A DNA stretch of 64,000 bases from the NCBI GenBank assembly GCA_013239625.1, contig MU054212.1, forward strand, positions 2,728,001 to 2,792,000, read 5' to 3'. Of the stretch, positions 1-13,462 are shown in pieces. The first letter of the stretch is position 1, and each line of letters opens with the position of its first letter. The DNA is from Lama guanicoe (lineage: Eukaryota). Below the pieces are notes generated by a model, which was given only the letters and a program-made list of their open reading frames with translations, was not told the origin of the DNA and did not search any database. Made by a program: the position numbers and the translations under genes.

Positions 1-555
1 AGTGCATTACTGTTACATATTCTAAGTCGGCTTCACAATTACTCAATAAAGAAGTGTTTGAGCTCCTACATGTTATACAGATATGTTATACAAATTATCA
101 CCCTTTTTCATCTCTAAGTTGGGTATATGTTATCTTGAAAAACTAGAATTTACAAGTAGTTGAAAAGGATAGGAATTCAGAAGAGCTCATTGTAACACGC
201 CTGTTTGCTCCTTGCCTGTGTTCTGTTTGACTTCTCTCCAGCCCTCCCTCCTCCTTCTTCCCTCCCTTTTGTTCTTTTTCATTTTCTTCTTTGCATTGCG
301 TTTTGTACTGTACAGGAGGCGGTTCCTTAACTTTGGAACAAGCTTAAGAACTACACCTTTCTGTGATGGCTTGGGAAATTTACTATTAGCTCCTTCAGCC
401 ATATAATTATTTAGAATTCTAGTAGAGTAGACATAGATACATACTTTTATCAATTTCCTGCCCCCCTTCTAAATTTTATTTCTAACTTGATTTAAACATT
501 GATGAAGTGATAGGCAAACCTTTAGTATTGAAAGAGCATTTTCAATTATTTAGTA

Positions 556-760
556 CAGGGATTGACAATTTTTTCTCCTGTAAAGGGCCAGATAGTAAAC
601 ATTTGCCAGTTTGTGGGTCATATGGTCTGTGTCACAACTTCTCACCTCTGCTGTTATATTATAAAAGCAACTGTTGACAATATGCAACAAATGGGAAAAA
701 CTGTCTTCCCATCAAACTTTCAGTATAAAAAGAGGCCCAATTTAATTTGCCAACCTCTGC
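556..760. mobile_element. MER58A-like hAT-Charlie MITE
   Basis: CAGGG...tgtaaagggccagatagtaaa...tttgccaacctctg matches the recalled MER58 consensus and its terminal inverted repeats. Confidence 0.75.
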
Positions 761-2772
761 TTTCAAAGAGAATTCTGGGGACAATTTGTATTTTTCAGTT
801 CTTAATAATAAAACACAAACTTGTCATTTAATGTGATGGAAAATTCCAAAACTTACTTCTAAATTATCTAAGTATTAAAACAAAAACATAGAGTGAATGG
901 AGAGTTACATATTTCTAGGAATGTTTTTCATTTATAATAAAATTCCATGCTTACAGAACAGGTCCGTTTCTTAATAACAGGAATTATAAGTTAACCCAAA
1001 GAGTTTGGGGAGGAAGATTTTCTTACTTGAATAATGATAGGGCAGTAAATGTGCCAATATTCTTCCTTTTTTGCTAATTATAATTACCTAAATTAAATTA
1101 CACAGACATTCTGTGAAAATCATGTAGTAAGGTTGCAAACACCAGCTAGATCTCCTTAATCAGTAAATGGTGACTTTATTAAAAGAGAGTGTTTTACTTC
1201 AAAGTGTGACTTTAACTCTGTAACTCTGTCATATTTTATTATCAGTTTAGTGAAGATATTAGAACATTTAATTGTTCACTGAGCCCTGAAATTGCAACTC
1301 CCAACCCTCGTTTATTTCTAATATTTTAAAAATACAGATTTCCCTCTTATATAGTGTTCTGTTTTATAAATACATATGAAATTATTTTCAAAGTTTCCCC
1401 CCAAACAGTAAGTATCTTAAATGCTCATTTTCTTTAAGTGTGAACTGACATGTCATTCTCTCCCTACCCTGTGTTTAATTATAACTTTGATCATTGGATT
1501 GAAATTGGACTATTCCTTCTATAGATGGCTCCCACTTTTTGTTTATGCTGACGTTTTAGTAAAGCAGTTTTGACCTTGCAGTGTTTTTCCCCTCCCTGAA
1601 TCGTAACTTGGTGATGAATTCAGTTTTGCTACCAAGTAATGAACTACATTTTGAAGGTTTGGTATAGGAGAAACTGAATCATTTTTTATCTTTTTTTCTG
1701 TCCAGTTTACCCACTTTTTGAACTAAAGTTTAACATTTATTATGGAATAATGTCAAAGAATGTATTTAAAATTTGTTGGCTTTTAATTAAAGCTTATTTT
1801 TGCTATACTCATGTACACTTTGATAAGTATATGAGTATGTTTCAGATAGAATACAAAATCAAATAATATTTTTTTCCAAACAATATTTTAAAAATTATTT
1901 GTACATGCATACCTTAAAAACAAGCACAACAGCACTATTAAAAGCTATTTAAATTAGATTACCTAATTTCCTGTATCTTTAGATTTAGGTCTCTGATTTT
2001 ACAGGTGGTGTCACTGAGCTGGAGAATTACTATCTAAATACTGATAAAATTGATTTATAAATGAGCTTCTGCTTTTGGATATGTGATCCAGACTGTTCTC
2101 CTGAAACTTTCTTCCTAGTTAGCAAAAGAAAAAAAGGTTGGTTTATTTCTGGAATGGGATATAGTGAAAGAGAAGTTATTCACATTGATGGGTAAAGTGA
2201 TGATGCTTTGAACGCATTTCAACTTGTCAATTAAATACCAGGTCAATTTATAGAACATGAGTTAGTGTAAAATAAGCATGATTGATAATGGGCAAAGGGG
2301 AGTATAGTTGTGTCATGTAGACAAGGCATTAACAGAGACTCACAATATGAATTCATTGAAATAAATGTCATAAATTCTTAACAGTGTCAAACAGGGCAAA
2401 ATGTAATTTTCTGTTTTTTTAATTACTAAAATTAACAGAATACGGCACTAATTTCTGCAGTTACCGTTTTCCTCCCTGAACACTAGACTTGATTTGTGTT
2501 CTTATTAACTTTGTCCTATAAATGACCTTGCAAGGAGAATGATTCTAGAGGCTAAGTGAAACAATGTCTATATTTTCTGAGGCTTCAGGCTAGGTTTTAT
2601 TAATGTAATGTCTAAGATCTTTGAAGTTGTGACTTTACCAGGAAAATCATAATCTCCAAACCTTTATTCATAATGGGTATGACTTCCAGGGGGAACAGAA
2701 TACCTGCTGTGCTAATTATTTCAATTATCAGCCACTACTAAAATACGTAATGGATTTTCTCTGCTTCCACAG

Positions 2773-2903
2773 GTAAAAAGCATGACATTACGGAACTTAA
2801 CTCTGATGCTGTGAACTTGATCTCCCATGCAACACAGGAGCGATTACGAGGCCTTCTAGAAAAACTGACTACAATTGCTCAGCATCGAATGACAACTTAC
2901 AAG
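2773..2903 (+). CDS. TAF4B: TAF4B internal coding exon (histone-fold region), (G)KKHDITELNSDAVNLISHATQERLRGLLEKLTTIAQHRMTTYK
   Basis: Acceptor ttttctctgcttccacAG at 2771-2772 and donor AAG|gtaaag at 2904. 131 nt, phase 1 to 0. The peptide is recognisable as the TAF4B histone-fold segment. Upstream exons lie outside the window. Confidence 0.97.
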
Positions 2904-3774
2904 GTAAAGGAAATCATTAAAAAAGTACAGATTCTTCTGTCTCCTCTTTGTTGTGTTAAAGGTAGTTTTTTGGTATGGATTCATATTCCAGGTTTATTTT
3001 TTAAGGAAATGGTTGATTCATGTTTCAGAGTGGTAGAAAATCAGTCTCATTCTTAATTTGCTTTATGTAGGTATGCTTACATGACAGATAAAATTATAAT
3101 AAAGTCTAATATGGTATCCAAAGCTTCTGTGTCAGTGTAGATTGAAATATATATACATCTGTTCTGCCTGAGGCTTTTCCTCCTGAAGCTTTTGGTTAGG
3201 AAGGAGGATGTGTTAGAAGGGAGTATCGGATTCAGTAATAAGTTAAATGATTGCATTGAGTGCTAATATTGGTGACACTCATTATTGATTGATATTGGCT
3301 AATTTTATAAAAAATTAAATCTAGAAATAGTCTGTCTTGTCCCTAGTGGTATGAGCCAAATCACTTGCCATCATCAAGATGAAAGAAGGCACTAGATTTA
3401 TTTGTGTTATGGTTTCGATGGAGTGCCGATTTATTGGGTGGTGAAGGTTGAAAAAAAAAAGATAACCTCCCCCCCCCCCAATCAGGAAATGTTGCTAGCT
3501 AGATTTGTACAACATGCTTTTGGGTAACCTTCTGAGGTTTTGAGTTCCCAAGAATGGTTATTGTCATGATGTCCTAGACATAAATTAAAAGGAATCCAGG
3601 TAAGTATCAGCTACCACACCACAGGTAAATCATTCTGTTTTCTTTCTGCTTCATTTAGAACTTTAAAATTACTGTTTATAGTTGCTAAGGTCCTCACTTG
3701 TATAAATTTTTGTGAGAATTTGCTGGACTGACTTAAAATATATGATCATCAGAAAAAGACCCTAGTATTAGTAT

Positions 3775-5090
3775 TTCTTTTTGTGTGCTTCCATTTCTCT
3801 TAGGTTATTTAACTCGTTGGCATAGAGTTGTTCATAGTATTCTCTGATAATCCTTTTTATTTCTGTAAGGTTAATAGTAAAGCTCCCACTTTCATTTTTT
3901 TATTTTAGTTCTTGAAAGTGTTAAGGTAGACTTCTGATTTAAGATCTTACCTTTTTAATGTAGGCATTTATTTACTGCTATAAATTTTCCTGAGCACTGC
4001 TTTCAGTGCATTCTTTAAGTTTTGGTACGTTGCATTTTTGTTTCCATTCATCTCTTAAGTATTTTCTAATTTAATTTCCCTTGAGATTTCTTTCATCCAT
4101 TGAGTGAGAATGTGTTGTTTAATTCGCACATATTTGTGAAATTTCTGGTTTTCCTTCTATGATTGATTTCTGACTTCATTCCATTGTTGTCAGAGTATTC
4201 TTAGTATGATTCAGTCATTTTATTGAGGCTTGTTTTGTGGCCTAACACATGGTCTGTCTTGGAGAATGCGCACTTGTGAACAACACTTGTTAATTTGGGA
4301 ATAATGTGTATTCTGCTGTAGTCATGAGGAGTGTTCATGTATGTACATGTATGTTAGATCTGGTTAGTTTATGGTGTTAGGTCCTCTACTTCCTTTTTTT
4401 CAAATTCTGTCTAGGGAGTCTATCCATTATTAAAAGTAGGGTATTTAAGACTTCAGCTATTATTGTAGAACTCTCTATTTCTCTTTTTAGTTCCGTCAGT
4501 GTTTTCCTCATATATCTGGGGACTCTTGTCTGGTGTGTATATCTGCTTGTCATATCTTCTTTATGAATTCACTCTTTTGTCAACATATAATGTCCTTATC
4601 TCTTTTAACTGTGTTTGACTTAAAGTCCATCTTTTCTGTTTTTAGTATAGCATCCACCCCTGCTTTCCTTTGTTTGTTATTTGCGTGGAATATTTTTTCC
4701 ATCCTTTCACTTTCACCTGTTTATGTGCTTTTACCTTAAGTGAATCTCTTGTAGACAGCCTTGGATTATGCTTCTTATCCATTTTGCCAGTCTCTACCTC
4801 TTGACTGGGGAGTTTAATCCATTCACATTTAAAGTAATTACTAATTAAAGAAGAAAGAACTTACTTCTGCTATTTCACTGTTTTTCTGTGTGCTTCATAG
4901 GTTTTTTTGGTTCCTCACCCTCTATTACTGCCTTCTTTTTTGCTTATTTTTTTGTTGTGTACTGTTTTGATTCCTTTCTCATTTTGAGGGGAGGGGCATT
5001 CTTTTTTCTTTTTTAGATATTTTCTTAGTAGTTACCTTGGGGACTAAAATTAACAGCCTAAATTTGCAATAATCTAATTTGAATTAATAA
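3775..5090 (-). mobile_element. Old L1M fragment (5' part of ORF2)
   Basis: T-rich antisense L1 signatures such as tgttttgtggcctaacacatggtctgtcttggagaatg and tcttgtagacagc. Confidence 0.75.
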
Positions 5091-7733
5091 GTAGCTTTCC
5101 TTCAGTTTGGGGATATGGGAGGAAATAGCCTTTTTTTTTTCCATCATTTTTTTACTGTAACTTATTAAAGAGCCTCACAATTTTTCAAATCTGGGTTCTC
5201 CTGTTTTCTTGCCTCAATCACTCTGTTGTTTCAGAGATACACGAGTGCACTGTCATTTTCCAGTGGGCAGTTTCTGTACAAAGCGTAGCATGTATGTTCG
5301 GTATGGAATAGAATTTTTCCAAGTGCCATCCAAAACACTATTATGTGTAGCCTTCAGATGCAGTTCTTCTGGTGTATATCAATAGCGTGTATTCCTAGGA
5401 TCTAGTCACCCCAGGCAAAGTGGATAGTATCTACCCCACTTGGAAACTCAATAACTTAGTTTAAAGCTAACACATCCTTAACCCCTTATGTCTTGACACT
5501 GCCTATCCTGATTGATTTTTCCCTGTCCCCATTTCCCCACGGTCATTCCTTAATATACAGCTACTGCCACGGTGTGAATTTGCACACACAGAAAGACAGC
5601 TCTATGTTCATCCTTCTCTAAACAGAAATAATCATCATTTAATTATATTTGGATCTAGCTCAAAATTGTACTTGTTTTGTCGACTTTGATTGTAAGAATA
5701 TTTGTGTCACAGATTTAGCCCTAACCTTATATTTCATTCATCCCTGATAGGATTAATTTTTTTATCTGTACAGTGTGGGAACTTTTACTCCATGAATTTC
5801 ACAATAGTGAGCTACTTTTATTAAAAGCAAAATCCCACCATCTTTTTCCATTTGAAATCCTTCTACTTTTGATAATCTTTCACCTGGTTAGATGTAATTT
5901 GCTGATTAATCATAGTCCAGAAACTGAGGTTTAAGTAAAGAAGTAGAAAGTGACGTGTGTGATACAAAGCTTTTGATCTCGCTGCCGGGCTTTCCCCGCT
6001 GAAGGTATAATACGAGGCTTCTGCATGCCGGTGGCTGTGGAGAAACTTCAGTGTGTTCCAGTTGGAAGGGCTGTTGTGCTTTCTTTAGACGGGGTTCACT
6101 TGATGATGATATCATTTGGTCTGAGTCCTTGTATTTTCATTGCTAAGCCACCCTGCTCTGTGGTGCATAGAGACTTCAGTTAGACCAGCTGGGTAGACAA
6201 GGAGGGAACATGATCAGATTGGGGTTACTGTTGTTTAAATAAGGTTAGAGACTCAGTAGAAAAGGGGGAGACACTCATTTGTTTAGGAGCTGGAAGCGTG
6301 AAGGAAGGGTGCATTAAGCAAGAGGCAGTTGTATCTGAGTTGGGGGGGAGAGAAGGAATCTTAGCATGGGAATGAGATTGAGTTCAAATTTAGAAAGTCT
6401 GCGCCCCTTTTTAATTTAGCATTTGTTTTCCTTTAAAATTAAATCCTGTCAGTAAACTATCTCCAGAGTATTTGAACACAAAAAAATGATAAAAAATGAA
6501 GTATTTAAGAAACCACTGGTTATTATGTTTATGTCTTTATGGTTGGCTGTAACGTATTCCGTATTCTATCTTGTATTATTTAACTTTAAAAACATTTGAG
6601 AATTCTTTTTGTATTAAACATGAGGTAAAGTAAGTATCATTAATACATCCTTGTTCGTTATACTATGTAATACTCTTTTGATCTAGTTAAATACCAACAA
6701 TAAAAATTTAATTTAAAAAGAATCTCGGGCATATGAAATCTCTCAGTCCCAGTTAATTGAATCAGCCATAAGCATGGGATAAAACAGAGATGGGAATGGT
6801 GCTGTGCTCGAGATTTCCAAACCAGGCGCTGACTGTTGGACTAAATGTGTAAAAACATTCAGTTTTCCTACTCCTGTAGCTTGCAGGTCTGAATTACTAG
6901 GATGAGTGGATGGCAGGAGGTCACCCCTGAGCCTCCACAAACATAAGGGGATTAAGGGAGGAAAGATAGGTAGTCGTAGAAGATGAAGAAAATTACAAAA
7001 TATTTAGACATTGAAGCACTGTTTTACACTCCAGAATATTGGAATAAATGAAATGATGTAAATTTCATCATTTTATGAAACATTTAAGACAAATAATTAT
7101 GCTTCTCTGTTATGGCTCTCATTGTGTGCTTAATTTATTTGACTGTATTTTTTGCCAAATCCATAGCTTAAGGGAGTCCTTAAAACAGGATTTAGGATTT
7201 TCATGTTTACCATTTTATCTTTTGTTGTATTTTGATAGAAGTTGTACTCATTTGTCAAGTTTAGACCAATGCAACAATAGAAACAAGGGTGATAACTAAA
7301 GTCACCTTCGGCGTATTTTTCAGTGAGGTGGTTATTTCTTTTTTATCTTTCACAGGCCTAAGATTTAATCATCACATTGAGGTCTGATGAAATGGACAAT
7401 AACTTAATTAAAAAGACTTAGATTATAAGTAAATGGTACGCTTTCTTGCTTTCTACTTCCTATTGTTAGGATCTTCTTGGATTAATTCCTTTTTTCTCTC
7501 TTCTGAAGGAAGCTTACTAAGAAAACTCTTTTAAACTTAAACGCTTAATCGCCTCTCAGATTTTAAGGATGGTCAAAGTTCTTTTGTTGTTGTTTGTTTG
7601 ACAGAAATAAAAATACTACCTCCTGAAGATTTAGCTCCCTGTGTATGTTGGTATTACTATCTTTAGCTGGTTTAACAAGACCTAATGTAGAATGTGTTGC
7701 CTAGAATCATCATAAGACTTTCTTTTTTCCCAG

Positions 7734-7859
7734 GCAAGTGAAAATTACATCCTGTCTAATGACACTAGATCACAGCTCAAATTTCTTGAAAAGCTAGATC
7801 AACTGGAGAAGCAGAGAAAGGATTTAGAAGAAAGAGAAATGTTACTTAAGGCAGCCAAG
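7734..7859 (+). CDS. TAF4B: TAF4B coding exon, ASENYILSNDTRSQLKFLEKLDQLEKQRKDLEEREMLLKAAK
   Basis: Acceptor tttcttttttcccAG and donor AAG|gtaaga. 126 nt, phase 0-0, in frame with neighbouring exons. Missed by the ORF track. Confidence 0.97.
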
Positions 7860-8509
7860 GTAAGATCCTGTGTGGTTGGTAAGTGAACATGGCCTGGTAA
7901 GGAGGTCGGAATTGGCTTTGTCATTGGTTGACTGTCTTGGTTTTGTAATGAAATTACTCATAAAATTTCACACAGCCACAGAAGGATGTGGTATAGTGGC
8001 TTTCAGTTAGTGGAGTTTGATGAGAGATAATCTTTTGTCTCCTCACTCCTGTGAGCCTAACATCATATCTACCACCCCCCAAGTAAAAACGTTTTGTGAG
8101 ATTTTCAAAGTCTTTTTAGGAATATGATTTGATAAGTGCCCAGTTGAAGTTGAGAGAGGAAGTGGGCAGGAGGGTTAAAGGTAAAATTAGGAGTAATTAG
8201 GATTAGAGAAGAGGATGAGCAGAGATAGGTTTGAGTGACACTAAGAGAACAGGTAAGGCAATTACTGATTTTCTTTCTTCCTTCTTCACATGTTTTCCTG
8301 GCCTGTCAGTGGCAGGTGGAGTGAACGCGCGCCCCACCAGTTTGCATTCTGTTGCAGCACACTTCTTTGTAGGCCTTGGCCCTTGGTGAGCAGTCATACG
8401 GCTTGGAGACTAGCTTTATTTTTTGTGTTAAAACACTTTAGTTTTGATTTCCAGTGTTCTTGGAGGCTTCCCCTTTTGGAATATTTGTTCATAATCACAT
8501 ACGAATCAC

Positions 8510-10030
8510 TTTAAAAAAATTAATTTATTTAAAAGTTATTTCATACTTATAGAAAAGTTGCCAGAACTATGCAAAGAACTCTCTTCTTTTCAATTGGGAT
8601 TCCCCATTTTTAACATTTTACTGCATTTGCTCCATCTCCACCCTTTCTGTACACACGTGTACGCTTCCGTTATCATTATTCTTTCATTCTTTTGTTCCTT
8701 TTTTCTTTCAATTCAGAGGTTTCTTACGTATTCACAAAATTATGCAACTGTTGTCTCTGAGTAGCCTTTCTCAAAACCTTTTGGAAGTAAGCTTCAGACA
8801 TGATGTCTGCTCAGTCTAACATTCTAGCATGTATTTGCGAAAACAAGGACATTGCCCTGCATCACCCCCAAGTCAGGACAGGAACAGTGTAAGACTGCCC
8901 CCCGCAGATTTCACCAGCCGTCTCAGCACTCTTTTCCTTCATGGTCCATTTCCCCATTCAGGAATATGTGTTTATTCAGTTGTCATCTCCTTTCACACTC
9001 CCTCAGTCAGATGTTCTCACTCTTTTTCCTTCATGTCTTTGACTGATTTCAAGAGTGCAGGCCTACCTTCTGTAAGGTGGCTTGCAACCTTCGTTCATCT
9101 TATGTTTCCTCACAACTTAGGTCATGCATTCTTGGCGGGAATACATAGAATGATGCTGCATTCTCAGCGGATCATATCAAAAGACAACCTTGATAAATTG
9201 TCTCCATTTTAAATTTTCCCATTTCCCGTTTGTAATCAGTTCAGTTTTCAGTAGGGAGGTATTGTAAGATGATGCCGATATCCCATTCCTCATGAGACCT
9301 CCACATAGCAACTTTAGCGTCTATAGATGATACACAATATCTGTGAATCAGCCACCTCTATCATGGTTGCCAAATGGAGAGTCTGTTCTCATCATCTCTT
9401 CTACGTTTACTAGTACTGAACTGTACGGAAGAGCTTTCATTTCTCTCATTCACTGATTTATTCATTCATGCATTTCATTTATTTCAATATGGACTCATGG
9501 ATTTCTGTTTGATTTCTGTTACAACAGGTTGTAACCCATTACTATCATTATTTATTTTGATGCTCAGATTGCTCCTGAATGGGAGACTAGCACTTCCATC
9601 CTTTCGTCATGTTTCCACCATTCACTGAGCATGTCCTTACTTTCAGGCGTAAGATATTCCAGGCTCAGCTTTTACTAATCCTTCTTCAGCCCTAGAACCA
9701 GTCATTTCTCCAAGGAACCTTGTGTTTTCATTTGAGGATAATATCTAGAAACCAAGATTAGAGCATACAATATGCTCACTGCTAGGGTATCATTACATGT
9801 AGGCCCTCTCAAGTGGGCAGATCTAGGAAATACATGTATGGTATGTACATATGTACACACACAGATCTATAACTATTTTTCTGTGTGCATACATTATAAA
9901 ACTGAGTTAATATGAATACCTCTGAGTCCAGTCAAAATCTTAGGATTTTTTCTAGCTTTAACCTTTCCATGTTTATAAATACTTACTCTTTAGTCAGAAA
10001 CTTGGCTTTCATTATCCTTGATGTATTTAC
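8510..10030 (-). mobile_element. Old L1 (L1MC/ME-like) 3' region fragments
   Basis: Motifs such as tacttatagaaaagttgccagaa...ttaacattttactgcatttgct and tttctccaaggaaccttg...tagaaaccaagat. Confidence 0.6.
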
Positions 10031-10479
10031 TTATGTTCTCAATTTATAACTGATCTCCCAAGCAGCCATGTTGACTGATTCTTTTGTCAGCTACCACTGT
10101 TAACCTGCCCTCATTTCACTGCCCATGGAATTGGCCACCATGCCCACTGGCCCTTGCCTTTGTGAGTCTCCCCCGCCCCTCATCACCCTGCAGTCTTGGC
10201 CTCTGGTCTACACCTTTATGTGCCAAGGTGCACCACAACCTTGTCACTGTACAGCTTCTTGCTGTCCCGCAGTCTCAGTCCCCATTGTGACCCCACTTGC
10301 CCTGGGAGAGGCAGCAGGGACAGGAAGATGCTCTTTCTTGAGCCCTTGAGTTATAAGCAAGCACACAGCCAATATAATGAGGTGGTTTGTTGGTGTTTTG
10401 TTTCCAGTTACTATGCTGTAAACAAGGTCATAAGCTATTAAATACTTGTTTAGTTATTATTGGTGTAATATATTATACT

Positions 10480-12190
10480 TGCTCTGAGTCTCTCTTAGTT
10501 TTTCCTCCTTTACCAGACTTCTGAATCTTGGAGTGTCCCAGGTTTCAATCCTAGAGCTTCTTCTCTGTCTGCATTCTCTCTTAAGTTTATGTTTCCATTT
10601 CAGTCTGCATTATGGAATTCTGGAGACAATTGCTTGCTTGAAATCTCTTCTTGGTTGGCCATAGACATCTCAAATTGAATACATCCAGAAGGACTCCTGA
10701 TTTTTCTCCCTACTCAAAACAACTTCTACTCTTACAGGATTTCCTAACTCCGTAAAGACATCATTCCCCCAAATGTTCAAGCCAGAAAACCTAGGAGATC
10801 TCTTTAACTCCTTTTCCTCTCATCTCCCTACATCCAATGCACTTCCTATTCTGTTCCCAAAATGTACCCATCACCTTCTATTCATCACTGTTGTTACTAC
10901 TCTGGTCTAAGTCATCTTTCACTTGGACTTTTATAATGTTTTCTAATTTCCTTTTCCTTCTATAATCCATTTTTCATGCTGTTGTTAGGATAATGTTTTC
11001 AAAGCAAATCATGTGTGTCTCTTTTGCTTAAAAGCCTTCAGTGGCTTCCCCTTGCGCTTAAAATCCAAACTTCTTACCACACTTTAAAAAGACACCCACC
11101 TCTCTCTCTGAGCTTCCTTCTGTCACTCCCTTCTTCACTCACTCTCCTCTAGTCAAGTGACCTTTCTTTGTGTGTGCCAAGTTCCTATCCTAGACTACTA
11201 ATGAGGCATTTAAAACTGAACACTGAGTTCCCTTCCCTAAGTCTGCTCTGGTCTTTACCTTCTCAGAAGGTTGGAGTTTTCATCCTTCCAATTGCTTAGG
11301 CCACAGTCCTGGGAGTCATTCTTGATTCCTCTCTTTTCTTCACACCCTGTATCCAACCCATCAATAAATCTGGTTGGCTTTACCCCCAAAATATATTTTG
11401 ATCTAATTACATGTCATCCTTTTCTCTGCTGTGTTGCTAGTCCAAGTGGCCTTCATCTTTTTCCCCATCTTGTATTCACAACAGTTGTTTTAGAACAGTC
11501 TCCTGATGGCTCTGTATGCCTGTGCCTCCAGTCTTGGACCCCTACAGTGCATCCTCTACATGGCAGCCAAGTGACCTTTCCAAAGTGTCGTGTCAGTGAC
11601 ATCTCACTCCTGTGCTCCCAACCCTCCAGTGGCTTTTTCTTATAACTAGAGTCAAACCCCAGCTCCGCATCATAGCCTACAAGGTGGCACGCAGTCTCAG
11701 ATTTTCTCCAACCACACCAGCCTTCTATCTTGCCTCAGGTACGCCAACTGTGTTCCAATTTTGAGGCTTTGGCAGTGACTGTGCCTTTTGCTGAGGGTGC
11801 TCTCCCCCCAGATCTTTGTATGGCCACCTCCTTCTTGTCTTTCAGACCTCTTCTCAGCTGCCACTCCTCGTGGATGTCTTCCGTCCCGTTCTGGCTACCT
11901 CCCTCCTCTCTCTTCCTCTCCATCACATTATCCTGTTTTACTTCCATTATAGCACTTAGAACTATCGGTAACCGTTTTTTATTCTCCCCCATCATACATG
12001 TTTTACATTGTATAACTCTGTTTAATTTTTATAAAATTGTTTTACTATTTTTCTCTTCTTAAAATGTAAGTTACTCGAAAGCAGGGACTTTATCTTGTTA
12101 TTTCACTTCCTGTCTCCAAGAACTAGAACAGTCGCACACAGCGTAGAATATGTGCTGTGGATATTCAATAAATATTGATTGCCTGACAAA
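10480..12190 (+). mobile_element. L2 LINE fragments, with 3' end near 12180
   Basis: Pyrimidine-rich L2 body (ctcaaattgaatacatccag, ccctccagtggct). Ends in tgtaagttactcgaaagcagggact...tcaataaatattgattg. Confidence 0.75.
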
Positions 12191-13405
12191 GACTTGATAC
12201 CCACATGTGCCCATTTTTGTACTGTGGCAAAAAAACTACATACACACGTTTTCATATACACACATTTTATATAAATACATATATACATATTCATTCTCTC
12301 CTAATATAGGTAGAATAACAAAGGAGTTTTCTTAGTTTGGGCTTAAGTGAAGTTTTTTTTAGTAGGTTGGGGACAAAATGAAGAAAACAATGATTAGCGT
12401 TGGGTAGAATCTTATTATGTACATATTTAATTAAGATGTTTAAAATGAGAAGGCACTCTTTTAAAGCTAAACAATTTCTTATATTTTCTTTAACAAAAGT
12501 ACTGATAAAGTACAGTAAAAAAAATAGTTTTAGCCTTTATTTTGTTAGCTGTCTTTAGTTAGCATATGTTGCATTTTATAGAACAAAGGTTCAAGTTTAT
12601 AAGGAGTTAGGTAACTTTGTTAGGATGAGAAAAAGGCTACACCCATCCACAGCATATTTTTAAGGGGACAAATGCCCGTGGTGTTAGACATCAAGTTCCT
12701 CCCTGACCCTTTGTTCCATCGTAGCATTACATGTAGAAGGTAGCTCTCTTATGGCAGTCCTGTAAGATAGTTCATTTTTGGAATGTTAAACTGCATCAGT
12801 ATGGAAAGCAACATCCAATAAACGTTTATTGAACATTCACCTGGGCACAGTATTCTGTTAAGTACGATAGAGGACCTGAAGGTGGTAAGATACTCTAATG
12901 AAAACACTGGGACGTATTTCCTACTTAATTTCTTTTTAATTACACTTTTGATGAGAGGTTTGGTTCAAAATTCATCAGGTTCTTGATTTTAATAGTCCTT
13001 GAAGTACCATATGTTTTACCAAAATGGCTTCACCTGAAGGTTAGCCTGTGTTGATTTCATTTATTTGAGCCAAGAGTTATCCTCCTTTTCTTTTCCTTCA
13101 TCCTTACTGTTCGTGTTTTAGTTTTTAGCATTCCAGCAACAACGTCATGCCTCAACTGGACCTGACTGACATTGTTAGCATCACTTCTGTATAAGCTTCC
13201 TCGGGGCTAGAACTGCAGCAGCCGGCCCAGATGATGCGAGGGAGGGGGAGAAAGGGAGGGAGTGCACCAGACTGGATTGAGGCATTTTCCCCTGGAGCTA
13301 AGGTTTTCAATCACAAGAGAAAATTGTCATTTATTAAATATTTAACGGCAACTATGGTGTTTAGATGCCAGTAATTTCTATTAAAATTTTCTTTTCCTTT
13401 GATAG

Positions 13406-13462
13406 AGTCGTTCCAATAAAGAAGATCCAGAACAGCTGAGATTAAAGCAGAAAGCCAAAGAG
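13406..13462 (+). CDS. TAF4B: TAF4B small coding exon, SRSNKEDPEQLRLKQKAKE
   Basis: Acceptor ttttcttttcctttgatAG and donor GAG|gtagga. 57 nt, phase 0-0. Contains the TAF4-family EDPEQLRLKQKAKE motif. Confidence 0.97.

Noticed and set aside
2005..2060. Cryptic exon reading GGVTELENYY..., faintly like TAF4 GITEL
   Set aside because: Similarity covers only five residues, an in-frame stop follows, and the donor is unclear. Likely chance.
5987..5996. GGGCTTTCCC as an NF-kB site
   Set aside because: Imperfect match to GGGRNWYYCC and isolated. Expected by chance in 64 kb.
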